DNA of 62,921 nucleotides, counting the filler, from Octopus bimaculoides (taxonomy: Eukaryota): NCBI RefSeq assembly GCF_001194135.2. It is 4 parts of 4 records of this genome, joined end to end, with 100 filler letters (N's around TTAATTAATTAA, not from the genome) between each part and the next. Parts side by side here need not be neighbours in the genome. Positions count along the whole stretch, not along the records: positions 1 to 19,922 come from NC_068994.1; positions 20,023 to 41,853 come from NC_068987.1; 2 more parts are not named here. One strand, 5' to 3'. The stretch's first letter is position 1. The number at the start of each line of letters is the position of its first letter. Below are positions 13,801 to 26,589 of the stretch, in pieces. Position numbers and translations under genes: made by a program. Below the pieces are notes generated by a model that saw only the letters and a program-made list of their open reading frames with translations, searched no databases and was not told where the DNA came from.

Positions 13801-13977
13801 AAAGATATAGAGATATATCTATGAGCGTAAGTGTAAAACAATTTCTGTATGTGTGTATAATTGTAGTTACGTATATATATCTACTTGCTGTGTATATTCC
13901 AATTAGTGTGTATATCTGCGAGTATAAATATATATAGATACAAAGAGCCTAAAGTACGTTTCTGTAACTATGTTTGC

Positions 13978-14030
<53 letters not shown>

Positions 14031-14523
14031 CATATATATATGTGTGTGCGTGTGTGCGTGTGTGTGTGGGTGTATGGGCAAGGTGTATGTCTAACTATGT
14101 ATAGGTTATTTTTACAAATATAATTATGGACAGATGCAATAGATTCCAAACTGAAAATGTATATATGGGTGTGTGTATGTGTGTGCGTGTATGTGTGTGC
14201 GCGTCCGCGTGTAGCCTTGGCATTTGTATGTTTGTATATGTGTTAATGTATATGCCTGTGCACTTATACTTGTGTTTACATATTATGGTTTTCGAACTAA
14301 CTCGCTTTACACACACACGCGCGCACATATACACACAAACACACAAGCACACACACACAGAGTGGGATATGAACGCGCTGGAATGTATGTCTATTTGTGA
14401 AAATCTATATATAGTCATGCGTATACATATATATATATACACAGATATACGTACACACACATGTATATAAATAAATAAATAAATATATATATATATGTGT
14501 GTGTGTGTGTGTCTGTGTATCTA

Positions 14524-14585
<62 letters not shown>

Positions 14586-14913
14586 NNNNNNNNNNNNNNN
14601 NNNNNNNNNNNNNNNNNNNNNNNNNNNNNNNNNNNNNNNNNNNNNNNNNNNNNNNNNNNNNNNNNNNNNNNNNNNNNNNNNNNNNNNNNNNNNNNNNNNN
14701 NNNNNNNNNNNNNNNNNNNNNNNNNNNNNNNNNNNNNNNNNNNNNNNNNNNNNNNNNNNNNNNNNNNNNNNNNNNNNNNNNNNNNNNNNNNNNNNNNNNN
14801 NNNNNNNNNNNNNNNNNNNNNNNNNNNNNNNNNNNNNNNNNNNNNNNAGCCTCGAGCCGACCAAAACCTTGTGAGTGGATTTGGTAGACGGAAACTGAAA
14901 GAAGCCCCCGTCG

Positions 14914-14956
<43 letters not shown>

Positions 14957-15139
14957 GTATGTCGATATATGTCTGTATTTGTAATGGACTTACAAAGAAT
15001 AAGTCCTGGGGTCGATTTGTTCGAATAAAGGCAGTGCTACAGCATGGCCGCAGTGAAAGTACTGAAAGAAGTGAAAGAATACATACATAAATGCATATAT
15101 TTATATATATGTATATATATACATATATACATATATATC

Positions 15140-15631
15140 TCCTGTGGAATTTCTTGCCAAATTCCATGGAATAATCTCCAAAAAAAATCTAGCTTTGAGG
15201 ATTCTTTCTTCTTCCTTTTATGAAGTGTTCTGTCCATTTTGCCCCAGAGGTGTTCAATAGAGTTCGTATCTGGTGACTGACTTGGCCATGGAAACTTTTC
15301 AATGCGATTCTCTTCCAACCAATCTTGTGTCTTTTTAGCCATGTGACAAGGAATCACATCTCCCATAAATAGTCTTCTTTAATCATTTAACCACTGCAGA
15401 AGATTGGAAAGAATCCTTTCTGCAATATGGACACATATTTATCTGAGCTTATGTTTCCCTCACAAGCCACCAGCTCTGATTGACCATTGCTCCAAATTGT
15501 TCCGCAGACCATCTCAGAATAGCTGCCATATTTCATTGTTGGCTGCAATCTATTCGCATCAAATTCTTGATCACAGTGTATCCAGAGATACACTCGAGCT
15601 TTGTCAGGAAATACAGCAAATCTGGACTCAT
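15140..15631 (-). mobile_element. Decayed Tc1 transposase fragment (DD34E)
   Basis: Motifs seen: ESRFAVF, PTMKYGSYSEMVCGTIW, EGNISSDKYVSIL, GDVIPCH...WPSQSPDTNSIEHLW, with 34 residues between D and E. It is cut off by a (CTAC)n/(CTAT)n tract near the first Asp. Confidence 0.88.
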
Positions 15632-15750
15632 TTACCTACCTACCTACCCACCTACCTACCTACCTACCTACCTACCTACCTACCTACCTACCTACCTACC
15701 TACCTGTCTACTTACCTACCTACCTACCTACCTGTCTATCTACCTGCATG

Positions 15751-15833
<83 letters not shown>

Positions 15834-16902
15834 GTTTACCTGTCTGTCAGTCTGTTTTTCTTTCTGCGTGTATATTTCTGTTTAACTATTGAGCATTTTC
15901 CTTCACTTAATTCCATTTCAGACNNNNNNNNNNNNNNNNNNNNNNNNNNNNNNNNNNNNNNNNNNNNNNNNNNNNNNNNNNNNNNNNNNNNNNNNNNNNN
16001 NNNNNNNNNNNNNNNNNNNNNNNNNNNNNNNNNNNNNNNNNNNNNNNNNNNNNNNNNNNNNNNNNNNNNNNNNNNNNNNNNNNNNNNNNNNNNNNNNNNN
16101 NNNNNNNNNNNNNNNNNNNNNNNNNNNNNNNNNNNNNNNNNNNNNNNNNNNNNNNNNNNNNNNNNNNNNNNNNNNNNNNNNNNNNNNNNNNNNNNNNNNN
16201 NNNNNNNNNNNNNNNNNNNNNNNNNNNNNNNNNNNNNNNNNNNNNNNNNNNNNNNNNNNNNNNNNNNNNNNNNNNNNNNNNNNNNNNNNNNNNNNNNNNN
16301 NNNNNNNNNNNNNNNNNNNNNNNNNNNNNNNNNNNNNNNNNTATATATACACCCATATATATATTAACATATATATGTATACATATGCTCATCTATAAAT
16401 ATACATATATGCATATGTATGTATGTGTACGTATGTATATGTACATGTATGTATGTATGCATGTATGTGTGTATGTATGTGTATGTATGTATGCATGTAT
16501 ATATATATGTATATATACATGTATGTATGTATGTATATATGTGTGTGTGTGTATATATGTGTGTGTATGTATGTATAAGGAAATGGAGGGAGGTAAAGAA
16601 TGTTGATATTCATGCAATTCTCGTTAAGTGAAGAGAAATGAAATGAAATGACGTGAGGTGAAACGGATCCGACCTTGAATCGGAACGATGTTCGCAGAAT
16701 CGATTTGCCAGCTGTTTGCTCCTCTTTTTTCGACGCACCACGGCCAACATTTAGGGATGTGTAATTAATGTAGAAGAAGCAGGAATATATAAGATATGTA
16801 GATGATTTATTGGTTTCTTAGTACAATCTTTTCAATCTTTTATGGTCCAATGCACACTGATTAAAGTGGTAAGTATCAGGGCATATCACCAACTTCTTAA
16901 GA

Positions 16903-16969
<67 letters not shown>

Positions 16970-18304
16970 CCCCTCTCTCTCTGTATATATATATATATNN
17001 NNNNNNNNNNNNNNNNNNNNNNNNNNNNNNNNNNNNNNNNNNNNNNNNNNNNNNNNNNNNNNNNNNNNNNNNNNNNNNNNNNNNNNNNNNNNNNNNNNNN
17101 NNNNNNNNNNNNNNNNNNNNNNNNNNNNNNNNNNNNNNNNNNNNNNNNNNNNNNNNNNNNNNNNNNNNNNNNNNNNNNNNNNNNNNNNNNNNNNNNNNNN
17201 NNNNNNNNNNNNNNNNNNNNNNNNNNNNNNNNNNNNNNNNNNNNNNNNNNNNNNNNNNNNNNNNNNNNNNNNNNNNNNNNNNNNNNNNNNNNNNNNNNNN
17301 NNNNNNNNNNNNNNNNNNNNNNNNNNNNNNNNNNNNNNNNNNNNNNNNNNNNNNNNNNNNNNNNNNNNNNNNNNNNNNNNNNNNNNNNNNNNNNNNNNNN
17401 NNNNNNNNNNNNNNNNNNNNNNNNNNNNNNNNNNNNNNNNNNNNNNNNNNNNNNNNNNNNNNNNNNNNNNNNNNNNNNNNNNNNNNNNNNNNNNNNNNNN
17501 NNNNNNNNNNNNNNNNNNNNNNNNNNNNNNNNNNNNNNNNNNNNNNNNNNNNNNNNNNNNNNNNNNNNNNNNNNNNNNNNNNNNNNNNNNNNNNNNNNNN
17601 NNNNNNNNNNNNNNNNNNNNNNNNNNNNNNCAAAATTGATAAAACAAACAGGATAGTGAAAACAAACAGAAAGGGCTGCTAAGCGTAAACGAGGTTGTGG
17701 TGGCGAACGCATAAATCAAGCTCGGACAGGAGGCAGACAAGAACACGTCTTCCTTGATCCAGCTACAACGGAGAGAAAGAAAGAAACATAAGTTAGGAGA
17801 AGAAAGATCGCCGATGGTCACCTGGGAGCCACGAGAGCAAAAGAGAAAGAGTGAGGGAGAGAGAGTGACAGACAGAGAACTGTGAAGGAGAGAGGGAAAG
17901 ATTGGAGATAGGTTAAGTGAGAAAAAACAGGAGGGGGAGAAGGGGAAGTGAAGAATAAGAGAGTAAAAACGAAAGAGTAATAGGATAGAATAATGGGAGA
18001 AGAGGAGGTAAAAGAATAAGAAAGAGAAAGAGAGAAAAACGAAAGAGTAAAAAGATAGTAGAGTGCGCATCAGAATTATTAAGATAAAACTTACTTGAAA
18101 GAGGATGCGTCATTTCTATTCTATAACTAGGGGAATGAACCACTAAGTACAAAGCAACATTGCTATTTGCTTTCCAACCACATGGTTCGGAGTTCAATCC
18201 CACTGCGTGGCACAGTGTCTTATACTATAGCCTTGGACCAACCAAAGCCTTGTAAGTGGATTTGGTTGACGGAAACTTAAAGAAGCCCACGTATATATAT
18301 ATAT

Positions 18305-18502
18305 AAGCCCCAAAAACGAAGAACAAACACCAAAAACAACAATGCGAGGACGTGGTACATGTAAAGTATTAGCAGACGCTCAGGGAAGGAAAGAAAGATG
18401 GCTTAACGTTTCGAGCAGACGCTCTTCTTCGGAAACAGGAGACAGAGGAAAGTCCAAGAGAAAAGGAAGACAGAGAAAAAAATTGGCAACGATTCACATG
18501 TG

Positions 18503-18505
<3 letters not shown>
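18305..18505 (-). mobile_element. Probable Penelope-type terminal-repeat fragment inserted into the (TA)n tract of a SINE
   Basis: It splits a family-A SINE (18140-18304 / 18510-18815) at its TA microsatellite and carries a hammerhead-like core (next feature). Confidence 0.55.
18401..18436 (-). ncRNA. Minimal type I hammerhead ribozyme-like motif (U4C core variant)
   Basis: The minus strand reads GTTT CCGAAGA A GAGC GTCT GCTC GAAA CGTT AAGC: stem I GTTT/AAGC, core CCGANGA+A, stem II GAGC/GCTC, GAAA, palindromic ACGT stem III and a GUU cleavage triplet. Confidence 0.55.
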
Positions 18506-18539
<34 letters not shown>

Positions 18540-19815
18540 GTGTGTGCGTTTATGTATGTATGTATGTATGTATGTGTGTGTGTGTGTGTGTGTGTGTCTA
18601 TGTTTGTCCCCCATTACTGATTGACAACCGGCGTTGCTGTGTTTACATTCTCGTACCTAGCGTTTCGGCAAGAGCATTCGACAGAATAAGTACCAGGCTT
18701 AGAAAAAGATATCAAGCACTGGGGTCGATTCGTTCGATTAAAATTCTTCAAGGCGGTGCCCCAGCAGGGCCACAACTTCAATGACTGAGACAAATAAAAC
18801 AATAAAAGAATAAAAGAATAAGAGAATATGAGAATATCTTGACATCTATAACAATACATAGGAACGATTAAGACAGCGGAAATAGTCTGGTTGAGTCATT
18901 CGCTTGCAATGAGCTAAATTTACCTTCGACGATGATATGTGCGAAGCGTCTGTTTACCCAGGCACCTAGTGGCAAGGCAATTTGTATATGTTGTTATGTA
19001 GAGGCTTGTATGGATGTGATCGTTGACAGAAGCTGCGTGGGGTAATTTTCTTTATGAGTATGTGTGAATGTATGTGTTCGCATGCGTGTTTGTGAGAGTA
19101 GCATTAGAAATATAGAGAGATGCACAGCTACGAGTGTGCAGTTTTTAATGTATGTACATATATACATACAGTGTGATTATAAGCATTAATGAGAGCTTGC
19201 ATGTATTATCACACCTGAGCATCTCTGCAGCGAGTCATAATTTATATTATATTTCGTAAAGCGTTAACATTCCTGAGCCATTTCTCTTGTAATTTCGTCT
19301 TCCTCTGACATCGCTGAAAACTTCACGTTTCGCCCTGGTTTTTCACCTATCGAGCTTACACAAGTGTTTCGTATTCTGATGAAGAAAGCAAAACAAAACA
19401 AAACACAAAACAAAACAACAATATCAAATAACGATGTGCATTCGCTCTTCACACCTGTTAATGATATCAAAATACAACCAGGAATGCAGAAAAGAAACGA
19501 GAGTCTTCTAGTTGGCTTGTTTTAGTAGAGAAATAGAAATGGAATGATGGCCGCTGAACGAAGCACTGTTTGAGAAAATGAAGATTCTTCAATAATTTTT
19601 GGCTTTTCACAAACCTTAAATGTGAACAGAAATAATTGGGAGTAAGTAAGTTGTTGACAAGACTGAAACCGCTATGACATGCGCAGAAAAGATGGTGTGA
19701 TATATATATATATACATATATAACAACGTGCAGTCGCTGCAGTGGCAACACGTGTAGGTCATTGTAATATGCTGTGTATAAACTATAAAATAAATATTGT
19801 GGATGTACAAGTCTC

Positions 19816-19922
<107 letters not shown>

Positions 19923-20022
19923 NNNNNNNNNNNNNNNNNNNNNNNNNNNNNNNNNNNNNNNNNNNNTTAATTAATTAANNNNNNNNNNNNNNNNNNNNNN
20001 NNNNNNNNNNNNNNNNNNNNNN

Positions 20023-20094
<72 letters not shown>

Positions 20095-20097
20095 TGC

Positions 20098-20563
20098 ACA
20101 CAGCGTGGAGAGCTATGATTTGGAGTGGTGTTAAAGATTTGAGCTTGATTGAGAATGCTGTCAAGTATTCTCTGTCAGGAGAATGCACACTGAAAAGTTC
20201 GTAAAAATTCGATTAATATCAATAGCGTAGTGAGTGTTTCTCATTCTTTCTTTTAATGTTCTTTATGCACAAAAGTATGCATATCTCCTGCTGGTATGAG
20301 ATCACACCAGCAGACCAACGTAGGTAAGGTATACACGAACTATTGGAATTTCATTCCGAATGACCAGTTTCTATGACATGTTTGTCAAAAAAATCTGCAA
20401 GTCACATGAAAGATTGAAGTGACACTTGAACATTCATAATAAACAAGCGGAAAATAGAGTCAATACTGAAATAAGACATTGTTGCAGTATATGTGATCAG
20501 CTCTTCGAAGGCCTTTCAGGGCTCAAAAGTCATTTAAGGTCTCACACTAGAAGGAGTAGTTAG
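20098..20563 (+). mobile_element. RTE-like LINE 3' fragment with C2H2 zinc fingers
   Basis: AWRAMIWSGVKD, a decayed finger (HVCQK.ICKSHERLK*HLNIH) and an intact CSICDQLFEGLSGLKSHLRSH finger followed by a stop at 20561-20563. Confidence 0.72.
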
Positions 20564-20804
20564 AGGTACAAGAAGAGGTCTAGCTCTGCAACCATATATG
20601 TAAGACATCAAGTAGCTATTTTATTTCATTCAATTTGCCATCAAGGCATTACATAGAAGTAGTAGCTGCGGGCTGGACAATAACATTAATGAGATGAATG
20701 ATGAAAAAAAATGGTATTAATGAGGGAAGGCAGAAGACGCCCGCCGATCGCTGCTTCTCTAAAACATTATTCTTTTACAAAACATACAATTTAAGGTAAT
20801 AAAC

Positions 20805-20961
20805 CTCTTACTAATGTTCCATTTGGGCATAAGATCCTTACAATGAGGCACTAAGCCTCTTACCAAAAATAACACAATGTCCTTACAAATGAGACACTAG
20901 GCCTCTTACATTTTCTCTTATGGACCATATGCCCTTCCAGTATGAGGTACTCAGCCTCTTA
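20805..20961. repeat. Three to four imperfect ~45-50 bp tandem units downstream of the ORF1 stop
   Basis: CCTTACAATGAGGCACTAAGCCTCTTA, CCTTACAAATGAGACACTAGGCCTCTTA and CCTTCCAGTATGAGGTACTCAGCCTCTTA, plus a partial AACCTCTTA unit. Confidence 0.75.
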
Positions 20962-20968
20962 ATTTTTA

Positions 20969-22772
20969 CTATTTTCCGCCCCGCCGGCACCCGACCAGGC
21001 TCAAAGCGTCACTTAAACACTCCGATAGTGCCAGGCCAGGGCGCCTTAATCGGAAGCGGAATACATCTTCTGGGAAGGAGTTTATTACCTTGAAAAGATT
21101 CATGCCTGAGGTGACCTCCACAGCCACCTGCGGAGGCCATCCAGGATCTTTAATGCAGGTTATGTCTCCTCCCCTGGCAAACTTTTTAGTAAACTTTCCC
21201 ACCGCCTCTCCCCTGCAGAAGAAGAACAAATATTCCTCCTCCACATGGGTCGAGGCCACAAATTCCACCGTCAGTGGTACAAAATACCCACCGACGGGGC
21301 TTCAGAACATGCCGGCAGTGTATTAACCGCCGGCAGAGTATTAACCGCCGGCACTGCCCCGTTTTCCTTCTTTTTTCTCCCCATTGCTACGGGGGNNNNN
21401 NNNNNNNNNNNNNNNNNNNNNNNNNNNNNNNNNNNNNNNNNNNNNNNNNNNNNNNNNNNNNNNNNNNNNNNNNNNNNNNNNNNNNNNNNNNNNNNNNNNN
21501 NNNNNNNNNNNNNNNNNNNNNNNNNNNNNNNNNNNNNNNNNNNNNNNNNNNNNNNNNNNNNNNNNNNNNNNNNNNNNNNNNNNNNNNNNNNNNNNNNNNN
21601 NNNNNNNNNNNNNNNNNNNNNNNNNNNNNNNNNNNNNNNNNNNNNNNNNNNNNNNNNNNNNNNNNNNNNNNNNNNNNNNNNNNNNNNNNNNNNNNNNNNN
21701 NNNNNNNNNNNNNNNNNNNNNNNNNNNNNNNNNNNNNNNNNNNNNNNNNNNNNNNNNNNNNNNNNNNNNNNNNNNNNNNNNNNNNNNNNNNNNNNNNNNN
21801 NNNNNNNNNNNNNNNNNNNNNNNNNNNNNNNNNNNNNNNNNNNNNNNNNNNNNNNNNNNNNNNNNNNNNNNNNNNNNNNNNNNNNNNNNNNNNNNNNNNN
21901 NNNNNNNNNNNNNNNNNNNNNNNNNNNNNNNNNNNNNNNNGGGAAAAAACAATATCTTCGCCCTCTAAGGGCTGACTCGCAAAATTGCGAGCCTCTTCAG
22001 GGGTGTCAAATAGCAAACACAACCAATGAAGACAGTTCAAAACACAGCAGAATTTTATCGTTTACCATTCAGCCATTGGTACTATGTAGCAGTTTTTGCA
22101 ACAAACATGAGGCACCCACAATTTATCTTGGTCCCCAACTTTGCACCCAAAGGTAAGATCGGTCTTAAAACTTTAAAATGTGCCCTATGTACAAAAGTAA
22201 AATACTGGAACCGAACACTTTTCTAACTAGTTAAAAATACAAAACACACACACACNNNNNNNNNNGGGGATCTTTAACCGGAGTATCTTCCCTCCCTCTC
22301 GCAGCCTTGGGGCCCTTCGGTGGGCAACCATTGATGCCCACCTTCTTCCTTTTTTCTCAGGTCTCCACTGCCTCCATCTCTCCCTTTGAAGGTGGAGGTG
22401 GGGGTTCTTCCATAACTAACTATTCCAGGATCCTACTTTGGTCCTGGGGACAGTTATTTTTAATGTGGCCTGGTTCCAGGCACAGGTGACACTTGGGTGG
22501 GGGATCGCCCCTCAAGAATCACCGGATACCTACAACCGGCCATTCTCAGAAAATATGGAAACACCAGATTCTTGGCTGATTGAGTTAACAGGGTCAAAAC
22601 CGCTTTTTACCCCATCCAATCAGCCGCAGGCAAAATTTTGACATTGAGGAGCTTGGTTCCGCTGCCATCCAGACCCCGGCGGATAGTGTCTTCTATCCAC
22701 TCGGGTTCTATCCCGGGTGGCAACCCGCAGACCCAAGCTCTTGTCAACTTCTTCCCATAATACGTGGGAAAA
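20969..22772 (-). mobile_element. L1/Tx1-type LINE ORF1 (RRM-like region plus CCHC knuckle), decayed and split over three contigs
   Basis: Segments: LLFDTPEEARNFASQPLEGEDIVF (22030-21941); FPTYYGKKLTRAWVCGLPPGIEPEWIEDTI...VILEGR then CHLCLEPGHIKNNC = CX2CX4HX4C (22491-22450); C-terminal part 21395-20969 ending at TAG. Confidence 0.75.
22058..22215 (-). mobile_element. Fragment of a Chapaev3/CMC-type transposase N-terminus
   Basis: The minus strand encodes FGCKVGDQDKLWVPHVCCKNC then, after a frameshift, QWLNGKR. This matches the GDQDKxWAPH..C..W..GKR motif I associate with Chapaev3 transposases; the family assignment is from memory. Confidence 0.55.
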
Positions 22773-23767
22773 NNNNNNNNNNNNNNNNNNNNNNNNNNNN
22801 NNNNNNNNNNNNNNNNNNNNNNNNNNNNNNNNNNNNNNNNNNNNNNNNNNNNNNNNNNNNNNNNNNNNNNNNNNNNNNNNNNNNNNNNNNNNNNNNNNNN
22901 NNNNNNNNNNNNNNNNNNNNNNNNNNNNNNNNNNNNNNNNNNNNNNNNNNNNNNNNNNNNNNNNNNNNNNNNNNNNNNNNNNNNNNNNNNNNNNNNNNNN
23001 NNNNNNNNNNNNNNNNNNNNNNNNNNNNNNNNNNNNNNNNNNNNNNNNNNNNNNNNNNNNNNNNNNNNNNNNNNNNNNNNNNNNNNNNNNNNNNNNNNNN
23101 NNNNNNNNNNNNNNNNNNNNNNNNNNNNNNNNNNNNNNNNNNNNNNNNNNNNNNNNNNNNNNNNNNNNNNNNNNNNNNNNNNNNNNNNNNNNNNNNNNNN
23201 NNNNNNNNNNNNNNNNNNNNNNNNNNNNNNNNNNNNNNNNNNNNNNNNNNNNNNNNNNNNNNNNNNNNNNNNNNNNNNNNNNNNNNNNNNNNNNNNNNNN
23301 NNNNNNNNNNNNNNNNNNNNNNNNNNNNNNNNNNNNNNNNNNNNNNNNNNNNNNNNNNNNNNNNNNNNNNNNNNNNNNNNNNNNNNNNNNNNNNNNNNNN
23401 NNNNNNNNNNNNNNNNNNNNNNNNNNNNNNNNNNNNNNNNNNNNNNNNNNNNNNNNNNNNNNNNNNNNNNNNNNNNNNNNNNNNNNNNNNNNNNNNNNNN
23501 NNNNNNNNNNNNNNNNNNNNNNNNNNNNNNNNNNNNNNNNNNNNNNNNNNNNNNNNNNNNNNNNNNNNNNNNNNNNNNNNNNNNNNNNNNNNNNNNNNNN
23601 NNNNNNNNNNNNNNNNNNNNNNNNNNNNNNNNNNNNNNNNNNNNNNNNNNNNNNNNNNNNNNNNNNNNNNNNNNNNNNNNNNNNNNNNNNNNNNNNNNNN
23701 NNNNNNNNNNNNNNNNNNNNNNNNNNNNNNNNNNNNNNNNNNNNNNNNNNNNNNNNNNNNNNNNNNN

Positions 23768-23799
<32 letters not shown>

Positions 23800-23803
<4 letters not shown>

Positions 23804-24720
23804 AGATTACTGTATCATCCATACGATTTGTAAGGTTGCCATAGCGATGATCGTATCATCGTTATCACATTCACTAGACTGCAACTCAATTGCTTCAATT
23901 TGTTTTTGCTATCTCTTTCCACCGTGCATTAAAATTCCATCATACCGTATCTGATGCCACAGTTAGCTTTCTAGATATCTCCACCATTATCAATAACCAC
24001 CTCTCTACCTCTGTCCATCACCAGACCACTGACATCAACGCTTATCTCTATTATTCCTCCTCTCATCCTAGACACACCAAATCCCCTACCCCCATTCCCT
24101 CAATTCCGCCCACTTTGCTGACTGTACATCACTGAGTCGGCAAATCTAAACATGAAAAAATGCGGTACTTCTTCAATGAAGAATACACTCGATCGGTCGT
24201 GGACCTGAATTCCTCCAGGCCAAGTCCATCGACCACACCGACGTTTTCCTACAATTTCCATCACATTTATTAGCCAGATGCTACTTTTTTCCCCTTCTAA
24301 CCAGTAACCCACCCATTAAAATATACCCTCCTGTGTATCTACCAATTTCTATTCTCCTACCCCACTATCTTTCCAATCATTCCTTAATCACCAATTGGCT
24401 TCAAGAGGAAATAAGAATCTCTCAACCTTCTAGTTTGATAGTCTTTAGTTCCAAGCCATATTCAACCTGATACAGGTATTGCAGTAGACGCAATACCTGT
24501 GCCTACATTAATAACACCACCATCATTATTGGTCCAGAATTTCAAATGTTTGTTCGTCATTATCATATACTGCATCGCAGTATAAAACCATGTAGGGCCT
24601 TTTCCGTGGGTGACACAAGGCATCGCCTGGACAATCATTCCTAACATTAACTCTGTAGTGTCCTTCAACGCGTTCTTGGCCTTGTTTTAGTACACCGCTT
24701 TAGTACATTTGGCTACTCTG
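23800..24720 (+). mobile_element. Penelope-like element, RT C-terminus to GIY-YIG endonuclease (decayed)
   Basis: Motifs seen: FHRALKFHHTVSDATVSFLDI, STSVHHQTTDINAYLYYSSSHPRHTK, RNKNLSNLLV-like, TCAYINNTT, IYCI...VGDTRHRLDNH. Confidence 0.88.
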
Positions 24721-25052
24721 TTAACCATCGCTTGGTGTTCAGCATTTCTGTTCATCATGAAGTTTCGCGAATTAGCAAACAGAGACGTGAGTGGTTTGAT
24801 GATATGAAATGATATGCGAATAGCAAAAATAACTACAGAAATCTGTCTTGGAGTTATTTTTAGCATATCGAGTATAGTTTATACATGCAAGTGAAAGAGA
24901 GATAAAAAGAGAGAAAGGGAAGGAAAGTGAGAGAGAGAAACGAGAGAGTGAAAGGAAAGAACAGAAAGAAAGGAAAGAGAGAGAGAGAGAAAAGAGTGAG
25001 AGAACAGAAGGAAGGAGAGGGAGGGAGAGAGAGAGAGAAAGGAAAGAATTTT

Positions 25053-25148
<96 letters not shown>

Positions 25149-25727
25149 GTCGATAGACCATCGATGTAAATAGTCTTTGTAAAAATCGCAATTCCGTTAA
25201 AAGAGACAGAAGTTTTCACCGACGAGAATTTTTTCTGGCAAAGTTCGTCAGCTTGTCGGAGATGAGCCGAGATGAACTGGTTATTGGTGTGAGAGATCAA
25301 ATATCTAAAACCTAGGAACGAACCGTCGAATTCCTAGTGTACTAGTTCTTAAAAGAGGTAAGTCACCTCATGTTAACCCAACAAAAGTTGCGAGATAATG
25401 ATAACACATTGACTGATATCATTTGAATTCTTTCTCATTTTCCAAGAAAAAAAATCCATCGTTTTACAGCAAAAATCTAAAAGCAGGTGACAACTTTTAA
25501 TATAGGCCTGTCACATGAATTTTATTGAATGGCTGGAAAGTGTAGTAGTGGGCGTAGTCTTACGAAAGTTTGTTGGAGCAACAATAATAATGATGTTCAT
25601 ACCTGTGATGATCTTGACAACAACGATGATGTTTATGACGATTCTATCTACATAGACGTACGCATGCACGCTCACACGCACGCACACACACATACACTCA
25701 CTCTCTCTCACTCTCTCTCACTCTCTC

Positions 25728-25802
<75 letters not shown>

Positions 25803-26589
25803 GTCCTGAAATCCATGCATATATACATTAGATATGCAGACATTCAACCATATTCAGCTATGCAGAGGTAGATTACAGCGGATCTTTTCCACGCGTGTGA
25901 AGTTGAAGATATGATTGCAGCAAATACGCATTTCACCATAACTGTAGATGATATTAATAATGTTCATTGTAAATATTTCGTTAAATACAGAGAAAAGAAG
26001 AATGAATTTCAAACTGTTTCGTTTGTATAGGTGTCACCAGGAGATTGATGATGCAAGTGACAACGAGATTCCAATAATATAAAACTACGAGACACCGCAG
26101 CAACAATATAGCAACAGTGAAGTATTAATGAAAGAGAAGAAAGCAAAAATAAAGGAAAGAGGGAAACTTTGCCAAACCAAACTTTTCTGCAATGTTATAA
26201 ATGAAAAGTGAAATATTTGCCATGTGTCTGAAGCAGAAATTAGAAAATAATTAAGCAGAGTTAGCTCCAAGCAGCATGAAACAGATACTGAAGGGAGACA
26301 GACAGACTGGAACTTTTAAATTGTCCCAAGATACTATGTAAAACAATAAGAACAAGTAAATTATTCACGATGCCATAAGGGTAAACTTACGTTACTTTCG
26401 AGATAGATTTGAAGAACAAGTCTTGAAAGGAAGGCGTGGTGAGAATGAACTGAGAAATATATATTAATAATTAATGAACGGTTTAACCCACCACTTTGTA
26501 AGAGATCATAAAGCCGAATAGTTAAGCTATTCAGCATGTTAGGTCGTGAACCATGAATTTGTCAGAAATACAAATGTCAGAAATATAGA

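Noticed and set aside
19967-19978. TTAATTAATTAA islands inside gaps (also 41898-41909 and 52991-53002)
   Set aside because: Each is an identical 12-mer with stops in all six frames, centred in 44 N + 12 + 44 N = 100 bp. It is an assembler spacer, not biology.
24743-24786. Possible + strand micro-exon (AFLFIMKFRELANRD) with AG and GTGAGT signals
   Set aside because: It abuts the 3' end of the Penelope element, no homology is recognisable, and no phase-compatible partner exon was found.
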